DNA from: Octopus vulgaris
Taxonomy: Eukaryota
DNA length: 64,000 nucleotides
NCBI GenBank assembly: GCA_951406725.2
Contig: OX597816.1
Coordinates: forward strand, 180,606,001-180,670,000
Direction of reading: 5' to 3'
In this document: positions 62,401 to 64,000 of the stretch, in pieces
Numbering within the stretch: position 1 is the stretch's first letter
How the letters are laid out: each line of letters starts with the position of its first letter
The notes under the pieces: model-generated
Databases searched by the model: none
What the model was told of the DNA's origin: nothing
The model's input: the letters and a program-made list of their open reading frames with translations, nothing else
Position numbers and translations under genes: made by a program

Positions 62401-63660
62401 CACTGGGTGGCCTGGTGTTGGAAAAAAAAGAAATTAAACAAAACATAGTGAAGAAAATTATAGTCTTTTTTCAGGAGAAAAATAATTCTTTCTCATAGAT
62501 TGATGTTAGCCAGGGGTGAAGTGTGTAAGATTCTTTACTCCAAAAATGGACATAACCCCATTGCCAAAATGAATTCCCACTCATAAGGACAGCATGCAAA
62601 ATCTTAACATTTTGAGCTTAAGAAAGGACCCAGATCATGTAATTTTTTAGAAGGATTCTGAAGGTGCCATACAGTGGGACTGAACCAAAGACCACATGGT
62701 TGGGAAGCAAGCTTCTTTACCACACAACCACTCCTGCTCCAGTGAAAACAAAATTGTAACAAAATAGAAATAGAAATTTTAAATGTCATTTAAATGCTAG
62801 CCACTTCTGAACTACACTATATATGAAATACATAACGATATTTAAGGTGACAGTTTTGTATCTCAAGAGGGAACTGTTAAGAAATGTCAAACTTATGAAT
62901 CTATGTAATTTATATGATGTAAATACGTTTATGACTTAGTTTCATACACAAATAGAAACTTAATATATAGCAAGCTAAAAATAGATGTTGTTGGATGTTG
63001 GATGCTGGTGGACTTTTATTGAAATTGTATGGAAGTGGGTGTGTGTGAGTGTATGTGTGTGTGTCTGTGTATAAAAAGGAAAAAGCCATAGGGGGAAACG
63101 GAAGAGAAAGACAGAGAGAGAGAGAGAGTTGTGCGTGTGTGTGTGTGTGTGTACACATGTAGAGGAAGTGTGACAGACAGAAACATTTAGGTTGAGCGTA
63201 TAGACGAAGTGAGGGAGAAGGGGTAGAGTGAGTGGTGGTGGAGAAGGAGGGGTTCACGTATGCACATGAGCATAGACAGAAAGAGGGAGAGAAAGAAAAA
63301 GTGGATGTGTATGTGATCTTGAAAAGGAAATATAAGGGGAAATAGCTGTAGTTGTCCTTTTGCAAAGTCAAGGCAGTCCCTGAGATCAAAGATGTTCATT
63401 TGTTACCATTCCACCCAACCTTTTTTCTTAAAAAAACAAAAAACAGTGTATTATATACCTATATTACTCTTATTAAAACAATAAGGTATTATTTCAGGAG
63501 GATTTGGCTGCTAGCAAGTCTGAGTGCATTTGGAGGTGCTGCCTCACTGACTCATAAAGAAGATAGAATTATTACAAGATATACAAGAATTACCATGAAT
63601 GGGATTGCAGTTGACAACACAGTTGGATAATATGAAGAGCATGGAATAATAACCCTGATA

Positions 63661-63759
63661 TTTGCACTTCTAATATCTACAAGAGTTCACAGTGCTGATG
63701 TCTGTATTTCTAAAATCTACATGAGCACTGTAAATTCGTGTAGATATTAGAAGTGCAAA
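63661..63759. repeat. MITE-like inverted repeat
   Basis: tttgcacttctaatatctaca...cagtgct versus agcactg...tgtagatattagaagtgcaaa. Confidence 0.8.
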
Positions 63760-63790
63760 CATATATGTATGTTATTACAACATTGTCTAC

Positions 63791-64000
63791 AGGCTGTGTG
63801 GTAAGAAGCTTGCTTCCTGATTGCATAGTTCCAGGTTCAATCCCACAGCATGGCACCTTGGGTCAACCAAAGCCTTGTGAGTGGATTTGGTAGACAGAAA
63901 CTGAAAGCTCATCGTATATAATATATATAGGTCTATGTGTGTGTGTATGTCTTTGTCTGTGTTTGTTCCCCTATCACTGCTTGACAACTGGTATTGGTGT
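63791..64000 (+). mobile_element. SINE family A, partial at the window edge
   Basis: ggctgtgtggtaagaagc head and shared body. Confidence 0.75.

Overview
AT-rich, microsatellite-dense metazoan genomic DNA. The repeat landscape resembles a coleoid cephalopod such as Octopus (inference only). The only host gene found is a PRKX/PKA-C3-type kinase on the minus strand, seen as two spliceable exons (25765-25597 and 2066-1803) around a 23.5-kb intron; its first exon was not found in the window. The rest is repeat-filled: RTE LINEs, Penelope-like elements (PLEs), an R4/Dong fragment, a deleted Gypsy LTR element, mariner, piggyBac, hAT and Helitron elements, two SINE families, MITE-like palindromes and multi-kb (TA)n arrays. 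Most notable: (1) seven hand-folded hammerhead-ribozyme-like motifs in or beside (TA)n tracts, including a G3:C8 swapped-core variant present twice and a same-strand pair bracketing a 44-bp perfect inverted repeat; (2) a C4HC3 PHD finger inside the RT domain of the RTE family; (3) an intronless 89-codon DCAF7/WDR68 fragment embedded in a (TA)n array; (4) retroelement families sorting by microsatellite type. Nearly all long ORFs in the track are microsatellite artefacts. Repeat boundaries are approximate unless a TSD or terminal motif is quoted.
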